Positions 1 through 7,823 are shown, counted from the stretch's first letter. The stretch is 24,875 nucleotides of DNA from Victivallales bacterium (GCA_017538465.1 JAFYIW010000348.1:1-24875), one strand, 5' to 3'. Numbers and translations: made by a program. The notes: generated by a model from the sequence alone, not told the origin.

Positions 1-498
1 AAGCGCGGTCTGCCCAATCTGCGCACGACGCCCGAGGCCCTCATGCCCCTGCTGGACTCCAAGAACCAGGCGCTGATGGCGAAATATGGCGTCTTCGTCG
101 GCAAGGAGATGGCCTCCCGCTACGAGGTCTTCAAGGAGGAATACGAACGGAAGATCCTCATCGAGGGAAAGATTGCCCTGAAGATCGCCCGCGAGAGCAT
201 CGAGCCGGTCATCTCCGAGCAGCTGCTTGAATTGGCGAAGACCGTCAAAAACCTGCAGGCGATTGGAGTGAGTGCGGGAATTTCCGCGCTGGGGAAAAAC
301 GCCACCCGCCTCGGCGAACACTACGCGAAGCTCGACGGGTGCATTGAGGCGCTCGCCCAGGCGGTGGATGACAATTCCATGCCTGGCATCCTCGAGACCA
401 TGGCGCAGCTCCGCCAAGTGGTCGATACTTTGGAATGCCTGGTGGATGACGCGAAATGGCCTCTTCCAAAATACAGAGAAATGCTATTTATCTACTAG
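1..498 (+). CDS. glnA: Glutamine synthetase type III, C-terminal part (5' end lies outside the window)
   Basis: Frame is open from base 1 (KRGLPNLRTTPEAL...), in frame with ORF 43..498. It ends with the GSIII-typical C-terminus LExLVDDAKWPLPKYREMLFIY and TAG at 496-498. Confidence 0.9.
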   Translation, partial: KRGLPNLRTTPEALMPLLDSKNQALMAKYGVFVGKEMASRYEVFKEEYERKILIEGKIALKIARESIEPVISEQLLELAKTVKNLQAIGVSAGISALGKNATRLGEHYAKLDGCIEALAQAVDDNSMPGILETMAQLRQVVDTLECLVDDAKWPLPKYREMLFIY

Positions 499-511
499 AA
501 TACTAGTAGAT
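490..511. other. Perfect 9-bp inverted repeat overlapping the GS stop codon
   Basis: ATCTACTAG-aata-CTAGTAGAT, followed by an AT-rich tract. Function unknown. Confidence 0.45.
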
Positions 512-530
512 TTAATTGATAATAAAATCC

Positions 531-569
531 ATTCCTGCACGGGCTGTCCATTGGTGGCCGTGCAGGGAT
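531..569 (+). terminator. GC-rich stem-loop between glnA and the SIS gene, possible terminator or processing hairpin
   Basis: CCTGCACGG (534-542) pairs with CCGTGCAGG (558-566), extendable to 12 bp with one G-U. The U-tract is weak (GTGTTTGT). Confidence 0.4.
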
Positions 570-611
570 GTGTTTGTATCGTGCAGCCCCTGTCAATTCC
601 CGTTTGAAAGA

Positions 612-2264
612 ATGAGTGCCCAGTCTGACCGAGCCGCCGAGGATTTTCTTCGGCATGAAACGCAGTTCCATCTGGGTTTTCTGCCGACGGAGCAGTCCAA
701 TCCGCTGACTCGCGACCTGGAGGAGCGTTTCCACGAGTCGCCTGCCGCGGGGGTGCGATGTCTTCAGCGCGTGGATCGCGAGGTGTTGGCGATGGCGCAG
801 CGCGTCTTTGCCTCGGCGGAATACCGCAAGTTGGAAGAGACGATGCTGGCGGTCGTCCGCAGTGGCCATCACGTGGTCTTCTCCGGCTGCGGGGCGACAG
901 GGCGGCTCTCCATCTTGTTGGAGGGGATGTGGCGCGACGCCGTGGAACGCGGGAAGGTCCCCCGTGAGCATCAGGATGCGGTCTTTTCCATCATGACCGG
1001 CGGGGATTTCGCGATGATTCGCGCGGTGGAGTTCTTCGAGGACTACGCGTCCTTTGGAGCACGGCAGGTGCAGGAGCTTTCCATGGTCGAGGGCGACCTG
1101 CTGGTGGCCATCACCGAGGGCGGGGAGACCAGCTCGGTGCTGGGGACCGTCCAGGAGGCCCTGCGCCGCAAATGCGCGGTCTTTCTGCTCTTCAACAACC
1201 CCGCCGAGTTGCTGGCGCGTCGCATTGAGCGCTCGCGCGAGGCCATCGAGGATCCCCGGGTGACGGTGCTGGACCTCTCCTGCGGACCGATGGCGCTGGC
1301 GGGCTCCACGCGGATGCAGGCCACGACCTCCGAGATGCTGGTCGCCGGCGCGGCATTGGAGGAGTGCGCCTGCGTGTTGACGGGGCGCGAGGCGCCGGAT
1401 TGGCCAACGGAGTTCGGAAAGCTGCTTGACGCTCTGGAGGCGTCCCTCTGTGTGCAGGCCTTGGCGGACTACCTTGCGCTGGAGGCCTCCATCTACCGTC
1501 GTGGCGGAACCGTGACCTACTTTGCGGACCGCTTTCTGCTGGATATTTTCACCGATACCGCCGAGCGCACGCCGACCTTCATGCTCCCGCCATTCCGTGC
1601 CAGCGGGGACACGGCGTCGCCACGCTCCTGGTCCTTTGTCAAGAACCCGCGTTTTACCACGGCGGAGACCTGGCGGCATGTGCTGAATCGACCGTTGCGC
1701 TGTCTGAATTGGAGTGCGGAGGAACTGCGTGCGCTGGGCGCTCCCGAGGGAATGGCGGTTCGTCCTCCGGCGATTTCGGTGGATGACATGCTGAAGATTC
1801 GCATCGGCAATGAGGAGGTCGCGGAACGCTGCGAGTCCTCCGAGGACACTGCCGTGTTGCTTACGCTGGGCACGCCTTCGGAGGAGCTTGCCTTGGCATA
1901 CGAGACGCTTGCCAGGGCCTTCCGGAAGTATGTTCGCGCGGATTTGCGTCAATGGGGACTGCCAACGACTCCGGCAACCCCGCTGGAATTGCTGGACCAC
2001 CTCGCGGTGAAACTCGCGCTGAATACCGTCTCCACTGGCACGATGGTGCTGCTGGGGCGGGTGAAGGGCAACTGGATGAGCTGGGTCGCCGCCACCAACA
2101 AGAAGCTTATCGACCGCAGCGCGCGCCTGGTCAGCGAATTGGGAGGAATAGACTACGCCGAGGCCGTGCGGCGCGTCTTCGCCGCGCGTGAGGAAATCGC
2201 CGCCATGCCGCCCGAACAGACGCCTCCCTCGCCAGTCCAGCTGGTTTTGAAGCAGCTGCACTAG
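612..2264 (+). CDS. Double-SIS-domain sugar-phosphate protein, GKRP-like / MurQ etherase family (~550 aa)
   Basis: Motifs TEQSNPLTRDL, GCGATGRL, GGDFAMIRAVEFFED, GPMALAGSTRMQA, DTAERTPTF, KLALNTVSTGTMVLLGRVKGNWM and ATNKKL. ATG 612 was chosen over 516 because the first conserved motif follows closely and 516-611 is intergenic hairpin sequence. Confidence 0.8.
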   Translation: MSAQSDRAAEDFLRHETQFHLGFLPTEQSNPLTRDLEERFHESPAAGVRCLQRVDREVLAMAQRVFASAEYRKLEETMLAVVRSGHHVVFSGCGATGRLSILLEGMWRDAVERGKVPREHQDAVFSIMTGGDFAMIRAVEFFEDYASFGARQVQELSMVEGDLLVAITEGGETSSVLGTVQEALRRKCAVFLLFNNPAELLARRIERSREAIEDPRVTVLDLSCGPMALAGSTRMQATTSEMLVAGAALEECACVLTGREAPDWPTEFGKLLDALEASLCVQALADYLALEASIYRRGGTVTYFADRFLLDIFTDTAERTPTFMLPPFRASGDTASPRSWSFVKNPRFTTAETWRHVLNRPLRCLNWSAEELRALGAPEGMAVRPPAISVDDMLKIRIGNEEVAERCESSEDTAVLLTLGTPSEELALAYETLARAFRKYVRADLRQWGLPTTPATPLELLDHLAVKLALNTVSTGTMVLLGRVKGNWMSWVAATNKKLIDRSARLVSELGGIDYAEAVRRVFAAREEIAAMPPEQTPPSPVQLVLKQLH

Positions 2265-4831
2265 TGTTTCGAGTGAATCACCAGTTTCCCTTGGGTGTTT
2301 TGGGGCAAAGTGACCTCGAAGACGCCGGGTCGGCGAGTGGTCACGGGGCAGGGCGCACCATTATATTCTGCGGCGCAGGAAGTCCCGCCGAGATTTGCGA
2401 TGAGCGTGGCGGAGTCGCCTTTACGTCCGCCGATTTCGAGTTCGGCGCTGAGGCCATCCTGCGTGAGTTCGCAGCTCTTGCGCAGGACATCGAAGCCGTG
2501 GGTGATGGTGCCTGGCACAAAGTATGCCGCATGCCAGATCAGCACGGGTGAGGAGAGGCCTCCGAAGTGGTGCCATCCTGCGCCGCGGCCGGAGCTGATG
2601 GAGAAGTGCTCGTAGCAGGCGTGAGAGGCCTGCACCTCGGTCTCCCAAAGCGTGAGTGCGCGCTCGGCGATTCGCCAGGCGAAATCCGCCTGCGCGTGGT
2701 CCAGTGCGGTCTTCCAGAAGAACCACTGGTAGGGCATCCAGACCGAGCCGTTCCAGTAGCCGTCCGAGCGCGAGTAGGGCGCGGCCAGGTCCACGGTGGA
2801 GAGTCCCGCACGGCACCAGCAGTGCTCGGGGGACTGGAGGGCGTCCCAGAAGCGTGCCTCCTGGGTGGGCGTGGTGACGCCGGCGACCAGCGGCATCACG
2901 CCATCGTAGCCGCGGTTGAAATTCTGTCCCGAGACGTGGCGGAGAATCCCGAGAGGCTTCCCGTCTTTGTCATGGTCCACGTAGCCGAAGAAGCCGGACT
3001 CCTCGTCCCAGGCGTAGGTCTGGAGGGTGTCGGTGAATCGTTGGATGTCGGCGTCATACACCGAGGTGTCTTCTCCCAGCAGCGTCGCCAGGCTTCGCAG
3101 CATCTTCGCGCCGCGGATGATGTGCGAGGTTCCCACGCAGGGGATCGCGGTGAGGCGTTTGGTCTCGTGGACGTGGCGCTGCGGTGGATAGTCGTCCCAG
3201 CCGCCGGAGTTGTAGAAGTAGTCCCAGGTGCAGACGGCGGGCTCCTGGGAGTGCTTGAGGGTGGTGGAGCGCTCGTCGTGCCCGGCGAGGTAGTCGTACA
3301 TCTGCTTGGCTCGCGGATAGAAGTATGCGAGGAGTTCATGGTCGCAGGTACGGTTCCAGAGTTCGTAGAGCAGATACAGCTGCACGGGGACGGGCGAGCC
3401 GTGAAGGACGAACGCGTTGTCCTGGTCGCCGGGCGCGGTGAGGTATGCGTTGAGGTTCTCGACAGCGCGGAGGGTGTCGATTTCGAGCAGTCCGAGTCCG
3501 ATGAATCCGGAGTCCCAAGTGTAGAGGGAATTCCAGAGGCGTCCAGGGGTGTGGTGGCGAACGCTTTTGCCACAGAAGTAGGTGGGATAGACCACATTGC
3601 TCAAGAGAACGGCGGCCATGCGCTCCTGGCTGAAGCGCCACGGCGATGCAGGCCAGACGATGAAACGCGACTCGGCTTCGCGGACGTGTTCCTGCGCACG
3701 GGCGAAGTCGAAGGCACCCAGGCGGGCGGGGAGTTCGTCGGGCGTGCCGTCGGCGACCACTGCGTAGAGCCAGCGGTCGGCGTGGGGTTCCACGCGAAGC
3801 GGCTGGAAGAGCGTCTCGAGGTGGCAGTCGGCTCCGCCGTGCTCGAAGTAGTCCTGCCAGACGTGCTCCTGATGCATCCCGTCGTGGTAGAGGAGGATCT
3901 TCGTGAAGTCATCCACGGAAAACCGGCGGACCAGCGTCTCCGGTGGTTCCCAGCGTATCCCGTAGGCTGTCGCGACATCCGCATAGCGCAAAATGACGGC
4001 GTGGTCGGCACGGGTGTATTCCGGCAGAGAATCGCTGGGTGCTGGCGTGAACATCGGCTCTTCGGGACTGATGGCAAAACAGTCCACCAGCAGTTCTTGG
4101 TCGGCGGAAAACGTGAATGTGTTACAACTTAAATTATTTGTAATTAAATAGTTATGTAAATTTCCATCGCCTTCGATGGCGATGGCGCCGAAATCGCCGG
4201 TCAGTGTCACTTTGCCCAGCGGGGCGGCGCGGAGCCAAAGCTTTTGAGAGGTGATAGGTGAGAGGTGAGAGGTGAGAGGTGAAGTTTTTATATCCTTTGG
4301 GATGCGGTAGGCGGAACCGCCGACGGTGTCGTCCATGCGCTCCTCGTAGGGGGCAAGTGCATCGAAGACCAGTCCGCGCGGCGAGGGGAGGTGTGGCTTG
4401 ATGATTTCCACGCCGGGAGCAGGTTCCAGCATCTTCACGGGATTGGGCACGAGGGAGGCGACGAGGCGGGCGGCGCAGTCCACGGGGAGGTCGGAGTCGT
4501 TCAGGAAATGGCTGGCGACCAGCCGGGTGTGGTCGTCCACTGCCACGAAAGTCACCTCGCAGACGAGTTTTCCCGTGTCGTCGAGTTGTTGCCGATAGGA
4601 ATACGAGGAGAGGTCGGGCGTGACATTCCAGGGGAGATATCCCGAGGGACGCAGCGCATCGGGGAAGGCGATTTTCCGGCGATAGATGCCGGGCATCACG
4701 GTGAAGTCGAAACGCGTGCCACGCGTCTGGTCGGTCAGGTGTGAGACGCCGAAGAAGCGCTTGCCGTAGGGACCCCACGCCGGCAGCGAGAGGTCATGGG
4801 TCTGGGCGAGATGTGCGAAATCGTAGGACAT
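2261..4831 (-). CDS. MGH1-like / GH63-type (alpha/alpha)6 glycoside hydrolase, no signal peptide (856 aa)
   Basis: Motifs LPAWGPY, LYTWDSGFIGLGL, SGGWDDYP, GYWNGSVWMPYQW and YEHF typical of six-hairpin inverting glycosidases (GH63/GH37-like). Long GC3-rich ORF. Confidence 0.75.
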   Translation of the reverse strand: MSYDFAHLAQTHDLSLPAWGPYGKRFFGVSHLTDQTRGTRFDFTVMPGIYRRKIAFPDALRPSGYLPWNVTPDLSSYSYRQQLDDTGKLVCEVTFVAVDDHTRLVASHFLNDSDLPVDCAARLVASLVPNPVKMLEPAPGVEIIKPHLPSPRGLVFDALAPYEERMDDTVGGSAYRIPKDIKTSPLTSHLSPITSQKLWLRAAPLGKVTLTGDFGAIAIEGDGNLHNYLITNNLSCNTFTFSADQELLVDCFAISPEEPMFTPAPSDSLPEYTRADHAVILRYADVATAYGIRWEPPETLVRRFSVDDFTKILLYHDGMHQEHVWQDYFEHGGADCHLETLFQPLRVEPHADRWLYAVVADGTPDELPARLGAFDFARAQEHVREAESRFIVWPASPWRFSQERMAAVLLSNVVYPTYFCGKSVRHHTPGRLWNSLYTWDSGFIGLGLLEIDTLRAVENLNAYLTAPGDQDNAFVLHGSPVPVQLYLLYELWNRTCDHELLAYFYPRAKQMYDYLAGHDERSTTLKHSQEPAVCTWDYFYNSGGWDDYPPQRHVHETKRLTAIPCVGTSHIIRGAKMLRSLATLLGEDTSVYDADIQRFTDTLQTYAWDEESGFFGYVDHDKDGKPLGILRHVSGQNFNRGYDGVMPLVAGVTTPTQEARFWDALQSPEHCWCRAGLSTVDLAAPYSRSDGYWNGSVWMPYQWFFWKTALDHAQADFAWRIAERALTLWETEVQASHACYEHFSISSGRGAGWHHFGGLSSPVLIWHAAYFVPGTITHGFDVLRKSCELTQDGLSAELEIGGRKGDSATLIANLGGTSCAAEYNGAPCPVTTRRPGVFEVTLPQNTQGKLVIHSKH
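4245..4282. repeat. Heptamer tandem repeat (TGAGAGG)x5 + TGA inside the GH63-like CDS
   Basis: TGAGAGG TGATAGG TGAGAGG TGAGAGG TGAGAGG TGA, translated on the minus strand within TSPLTSHLSPITSQK. Confidence 0.9.
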
Positions 4832-4870
4832 TTGCGTTTCGTGAGAGAGTGATGAAAAGGAATCGCCACT

Positions 4871-6145
4871 CTACCAGGTGACCTTGAGGAGGATGGCGTG
4901 TCCAGGAGCGAGCCAGGTCCCCTCGCCGTCCCAGCCGCCGTAGGTGATGACTTTGCCTGCACGCTGCTGGGAAAGCACCTGGATTTCCTTCGGGGGGGTG
5001 CGCCATACAAGGCCGCCGATGCTCGTGGAGTTCTTGCGGTTCTTGTTGAGGATCATCACGTAGGCCTCGCCGGTCTGACGATGGCGGAATTCGCCGACGG
5101 CCAGCGCCGCGCCGGGATTCCGTATGCCTTTGATGAACGAGCCTTCGCCGGGGACGTCCTCGCGCTCCAGCCGTTCGCCTGGCTGGAAATGATAGACTGC
5201 GGTGGATTCCAGCTGGTTCAGTACGGGGGCCAGCGCATGAACGGAGCAGAGGGCGTTGCGCAGGGCATACCATGTTGGCGAGCGGTGACCCCACAGGTCG
5301 ATGGGGGCGCAGCGGTAGTTGCCCAGGTCGGGCGTGAAGTAGGTGAAGAACTGCAGCCCCCTGGCGCCGTAGAGGAGTCCGGAGTAGATTTCGAAGAAAA
5401 GGTCGTCCTCGGTGGGGATGCGGTAGGGGAGATGCCCCACGGTGAGCACGCAAAGCTGGAAGGGGACGCCGTGGCGGATGGCGGCCTCGCGGGCGTCGGC
5501 GAGGTTCCTCCACCAGCCGTCATCGCGTTCGGGTTCGCTCCCCCCTTCCTCCATCAGGCCATAGAAGTCGTAGCCGAACCAGTTGGGGTGCACCATGTCG
5601 ATGAAGGTATCCAGGTGGGCGGCGTAGCCATGGTTTCCGATATATCCAGGTGGGACATAGTTGGGGTTGAGATTGATGTAACGTTCATGGCCAGGGTCGG
5701 CGAGTTTGAAGGCGGTGGAGGCGTCAGCCACGATGTGGAAGTGGTCGAGTTTGGGTTCATCTACGATGTAGTAGCCGTAGAGGGCGGGATGGTCGGCATA
5801 TTTGGCCACGACTTTCTGGGCGGCGTCCCACCAGTCCACCTCCTCGCCGTCATAGCCTTTCCAGAAGGTGGAATGGAAGTCGCTGTCCAGAATCCAGGCG
5901 ACCATTCCTGCCTGATGGATGAGGTCGAGTTCCTCGCGGGAATTGGCGAAACCGGCGATGGTGATGCCGCATTCGGCCATCGTGTCGAAGACCTCCTGGG
6001 TGAGCGGGCCAGGAGAATTGACCCGGTTCATTCCCCAGGCGCAGATCGGGAACCACTCGGCGTCGCCCGGGCGTGGATGGTCGGCGGCAATGACATTCAC
6101 GGCAAGGCAAAGCAGACAGAGGATGAGGGAAAGATAACGTTTCAT
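4871..6145 (-). CDS. Secreted uncharacterised TIM-barrel glycoside-hydrolase-like protein (DEP family), paralogue A
   Basis: Signal peptide MKRYLSLILCLLCLAVNVIA|AD gives start 6145 rather than 6181. Motifs FPICAWG, GYYIVDEP, YINL, YDFY, YGARGLQFFTY and GEFRHRQTG are shared with the three tandem genes at 10221-14075. Confidence 0.8.
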   Translation of the reverse strand: MKRYLSLILCLLCLAVNVIAADHPRPGDAEWFPICAWGMNRVNSPGPLTQEVFDTMAECGITIAGFANSREELDLIHQAGMVAWILDSDFHSTFWKGYDGEEVDWWDAAQKVVAKYADHPALYGYYIVDEPKLDHFHIVADASTAFKLADPGHERYINLNPNYVPPGYIGNHGYAAHLDTFIDMVHPNWFGYDFYGLMEEGGSEPERDDGWWRNLADAREAAIRHGVPFQLCVLTVGHLPYRIPTEDDLFFEIYSGLLYGARGLQFFTYFTPDLGNYRCAPIDLWGHRSPTWYALRNALCSVHALAPVLNQLESTAVYHFQPGERLEREDVPGEGSFIKGIRNPGAALAVGEFRHRQTGEAYVMILNKNRKNSTSIGGLVWRTPPKEIQVLSQQRAGKVITYGGWDGEGTWLAPGHAILLKVTW

Positions 6146-6191
6146 GGCGGTGAAATGGGGGGCGGGATTTAGGGACGTCAAAAAGCGGTTG

Positions 6192-6220
6192 ATTATACTT
6201 TACAGACTTTTTGCAGATTT
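6192..6220 (-). promoter_or_regulatory. Putative -10 box for the leftward operon with an upstream 11-bp direct repeat
   Basis: TATAAT on the minus strand at 6192-6197, ~47 nt before ATG 6145. Direct repeat TTTACAGACTT / TTTGCAGATTT at 6199-6220 (9/11 identical). No good -35. Confidence 0.5.
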
Positions 6221-6250
6221 GTCGCTGGAGACACAGTAAAATGCTATAGT
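6219..6250 (+). promoter_or_regulatory. Putative promoter for the oxidoreductase (extended -10)
   Basis: TG-C-TATAGT at 6242-6250, with TTGTCG at 6219-6224 (20-nt spacer). Confidence 0.45.
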
Positions 6251-6326
6251 AACGGAAATCACTGGAGGTCTGCGGCACATGAGACCCGCCATGTGATGGC
6301 CAAATTTTCAGAGGGACACCCCATTC

Positions 6327-7502
6327 ATGCGAGAGAACAGGTTAGTCGGCGCGCAAATTGGCTGTGGAGCATTTGCCAGAGAACAGCATCTGCCCAACAT
6401 GGCGTCAATGGGGGATGTCTGCCTCAAATACTGCTGCGACCCGGTGGCGGAGCAGGCCGCTTCCGCCGCACGGGAATATGGCGCCGAACGGCCGGTGGCG
6501 GACTTTCGGGAAGCCGTCGCGGACCCCGAGGTGGACTTTCTCACCATTGCCACCCCGCATGACCAGCATCTGCCCATCATCCAGTCGGCGGCCGCTCATG
6601 GCAAGCACGTCTTCTGCGAGAAGCCGATGGCGATGACGATGCCGGAGGCATTTGAAGTCATCCGGCTGGTCAAGCACAGCGGCATCAAGTTCTGCGTGGA
6701 CTTGAATCGACGCATGGCGCCCTCCATGAAAGCCCTGCGGGAAAGAGTGCACCGCCAGCAGGCCTCGCCGCGGCATCAGCCGTGGCGCTATGTGGAGACG
6801 GACCGCGAGGAGTTGCCGGAGGAAACACACACCCATCTGCTAATCCGCATCCAGGACGAAAGCTCGAGCTACCGGATGATTCACCTGGACCCCGCGCACG
6901 GCGGCGGGCAGATTCTTGGCGAGTCCGTGCATTGGCTGGATTTGGCTTGCTGGTTCTTTGCGCCGGCACGTCCCGTCGAGGTCACCGCCTGGGGCGGTGT
7001 CCGCATGAATCATGGAATCAACCTGAAGTTCGACAACGGCGACTCCGCCACGCTGGATTTCAGTTCCTGCGGGACCTTCGATTTCCCCAAGGAACTCTAC
7101 GAGGTCACCTCCCGGGCCGCGCTTTTTCGCAACCTCTTCTTCGTCGAAAACCGCTATTACGGCATTCCCGGGCTGGAGAAGGAGGTCTTCCCTTTGCAAC
7201 ATGACGACCTGCGCTCTGCGATTCCGGGCGAGGGCTTCGATGCCTTCTTGGCGAAAAGCCAGGCCAGAGCACGCCAGGCCGGCGAGAATCTGCGCAATGT
7301 TCCGCAACGGCTGGTGGTGGACAAGGGGCACCGCAATATGATGCGGGGATTCTTCGAGGCCATCCGCGTCAACGGCAGAACGCCCTGCGACGAATACTGC
7401 GGAATGCAGGCGACGCTTCTGGCGCTGCTGGCCATCCAGTCCATCAAGACGCGTAGTACGCTTCCCGTGCTGATGGAGGAATGGCGTCCCGCGATCGTCT
7501 AG
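6327..7502 (+). CDS. Gfo/Idh/MocA family NAD(P)-dependent oxidoreductase
   Basis: Rossmann motif IGCGAFAREQHLP, IATPHDQH, HVFCEKPMA and GGGQILGESVHWLD. GAGGG RBS-like sequence upstream. Confidence 0.9.
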   Translation: MRENRLVGAQIGCGAFAREQHLPNMASMGDVCLKYCCDPVAEQAASAAREYGAERPVADFREAVADPEVDFLTIATPHDQHLPIIQSAAAHGKHVFCEKPMAMTMPEAFEVIRLVKHSGIKFCVDLNRRMAPSMKALRERVHRQQASPRHQPWRYVETDREELPEETHTHLLIRIQDESSSYRMIHLDPAHGGGQILGESVHWLDLACWFFAPARPVEVTAWGGVRMNHGINLKFDNGDSATLDFSSCGTFDFPKELYEVTSRAALFRNLFFVENRYYGIPGLEKEVFPLQHDDLRSAIPGEGFDAFLAKSQARARQAGENLRNVPQRLVVDKGHRNMMRGFFEAIRVNGRTPCDEYCGMQATLLALLAIQSIKTRSTLPVLMEEWRPAIV

Positions 7503-7549
7503 CCGGGCATTCTCGCGGATGTTTTATAATTTGCCTTCGTGGAATAATT

Positions 7550-7634
7550 TGGTGCGAGAGGCGGGACTTGAACCCGCACGCCTTGCGGCACGAGAACCTA
7601 AATCTCGGGCGTCTGCCAATTCCGCCACTCTCGC
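7550..7634 (-). tRNA. tRNA-Leu (anticodon UAG)
   Basis: Minus strand GCGAGAGTGGCGGAATTGGCAGACGC-C-CGAGA-TTTAGGT-TCTCG-variable arm-GCGGGTTCAAGTCCCGC-CTCTCGC-ACCA. 85 nt, encoded CCA, long variable arm. Confidence 0.97.
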
Positions 7635-7642
7635 GGTTAGGT

Positions 7643-7680
7643 AAAAAAAAAGAATCTCGTTTCGCGGAGATTCTTCTTTT
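7643..7680 (-). terminator. Intrinsic terminator-like hairpin between the two tRNA genes (possibly bidirectional)
   Basis: AAGAATCTC (7650-7658) pairs with GAGATTCTT (7667-7675). The A-run at 7643-7651 gives a U-tract on the minus strand, and TTCTTTT follows on the plus strand. Confidence 0.7.
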
Positions 7681-7686
7681 CGTGAC

Positions 7687-7773
7687 TGGTACCAGAGAAA
7701 GGACTTGAACCTTCACGGGCGTAAGCCCACTGCGACCTGAACGCAGCGCGTCTGCCAATTCCGCCACTCTGGC
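7687..7773 (-). tRNA. tRNA-Leu (anticodon CAG)
   Basis: Minus strand GCCAGAGTGGCGGAATTGGCAGACGC-G-CTGCG-TTCAGGT-CGCAG-variable arm-GAAGGTTCAAGTCCTTT-CTCTGGT-ACCA. 87 nt. Confidence 0.97.
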
Positions 7774-7795
7774 ATCTTCGATTGTCAATGCGCTT

Positions 7796-7823
7796 ACTTT
7801 AATAGACGATTCCACGTTGTCAA
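7796..7823 (-). promoter_or_regulatory. Sigma70-type promoter for the tRNA pair
   Basis: Minus strand TTGACA (7818-7823), 16-nt spacer, TAAAGT (7796-7801), ending 22 nt upstream of tRNA-Leu(CAG). Confidence 0.6.

Noticed and set aside
516-611. Longer N-termini from the ORF track (starts at 516 and 6181)
   Set aside because: The extensions cover intergenic hairpin or promoter sequence. Conserved motifs or signal peptides begin at 612 and 6145.
4245-4282. Repeat array as a CRISPR
   Set aside because: 7-nt units with no spacers and no cas genes.
7550-7773. tRNA-Leu genes as integration site of a genomic island
   Set aside because: No duplicated tRNA 3' end (att repeat) and no integrase found in the window, and flanking composition is uniform. 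It cannot be excluded beyond the window.
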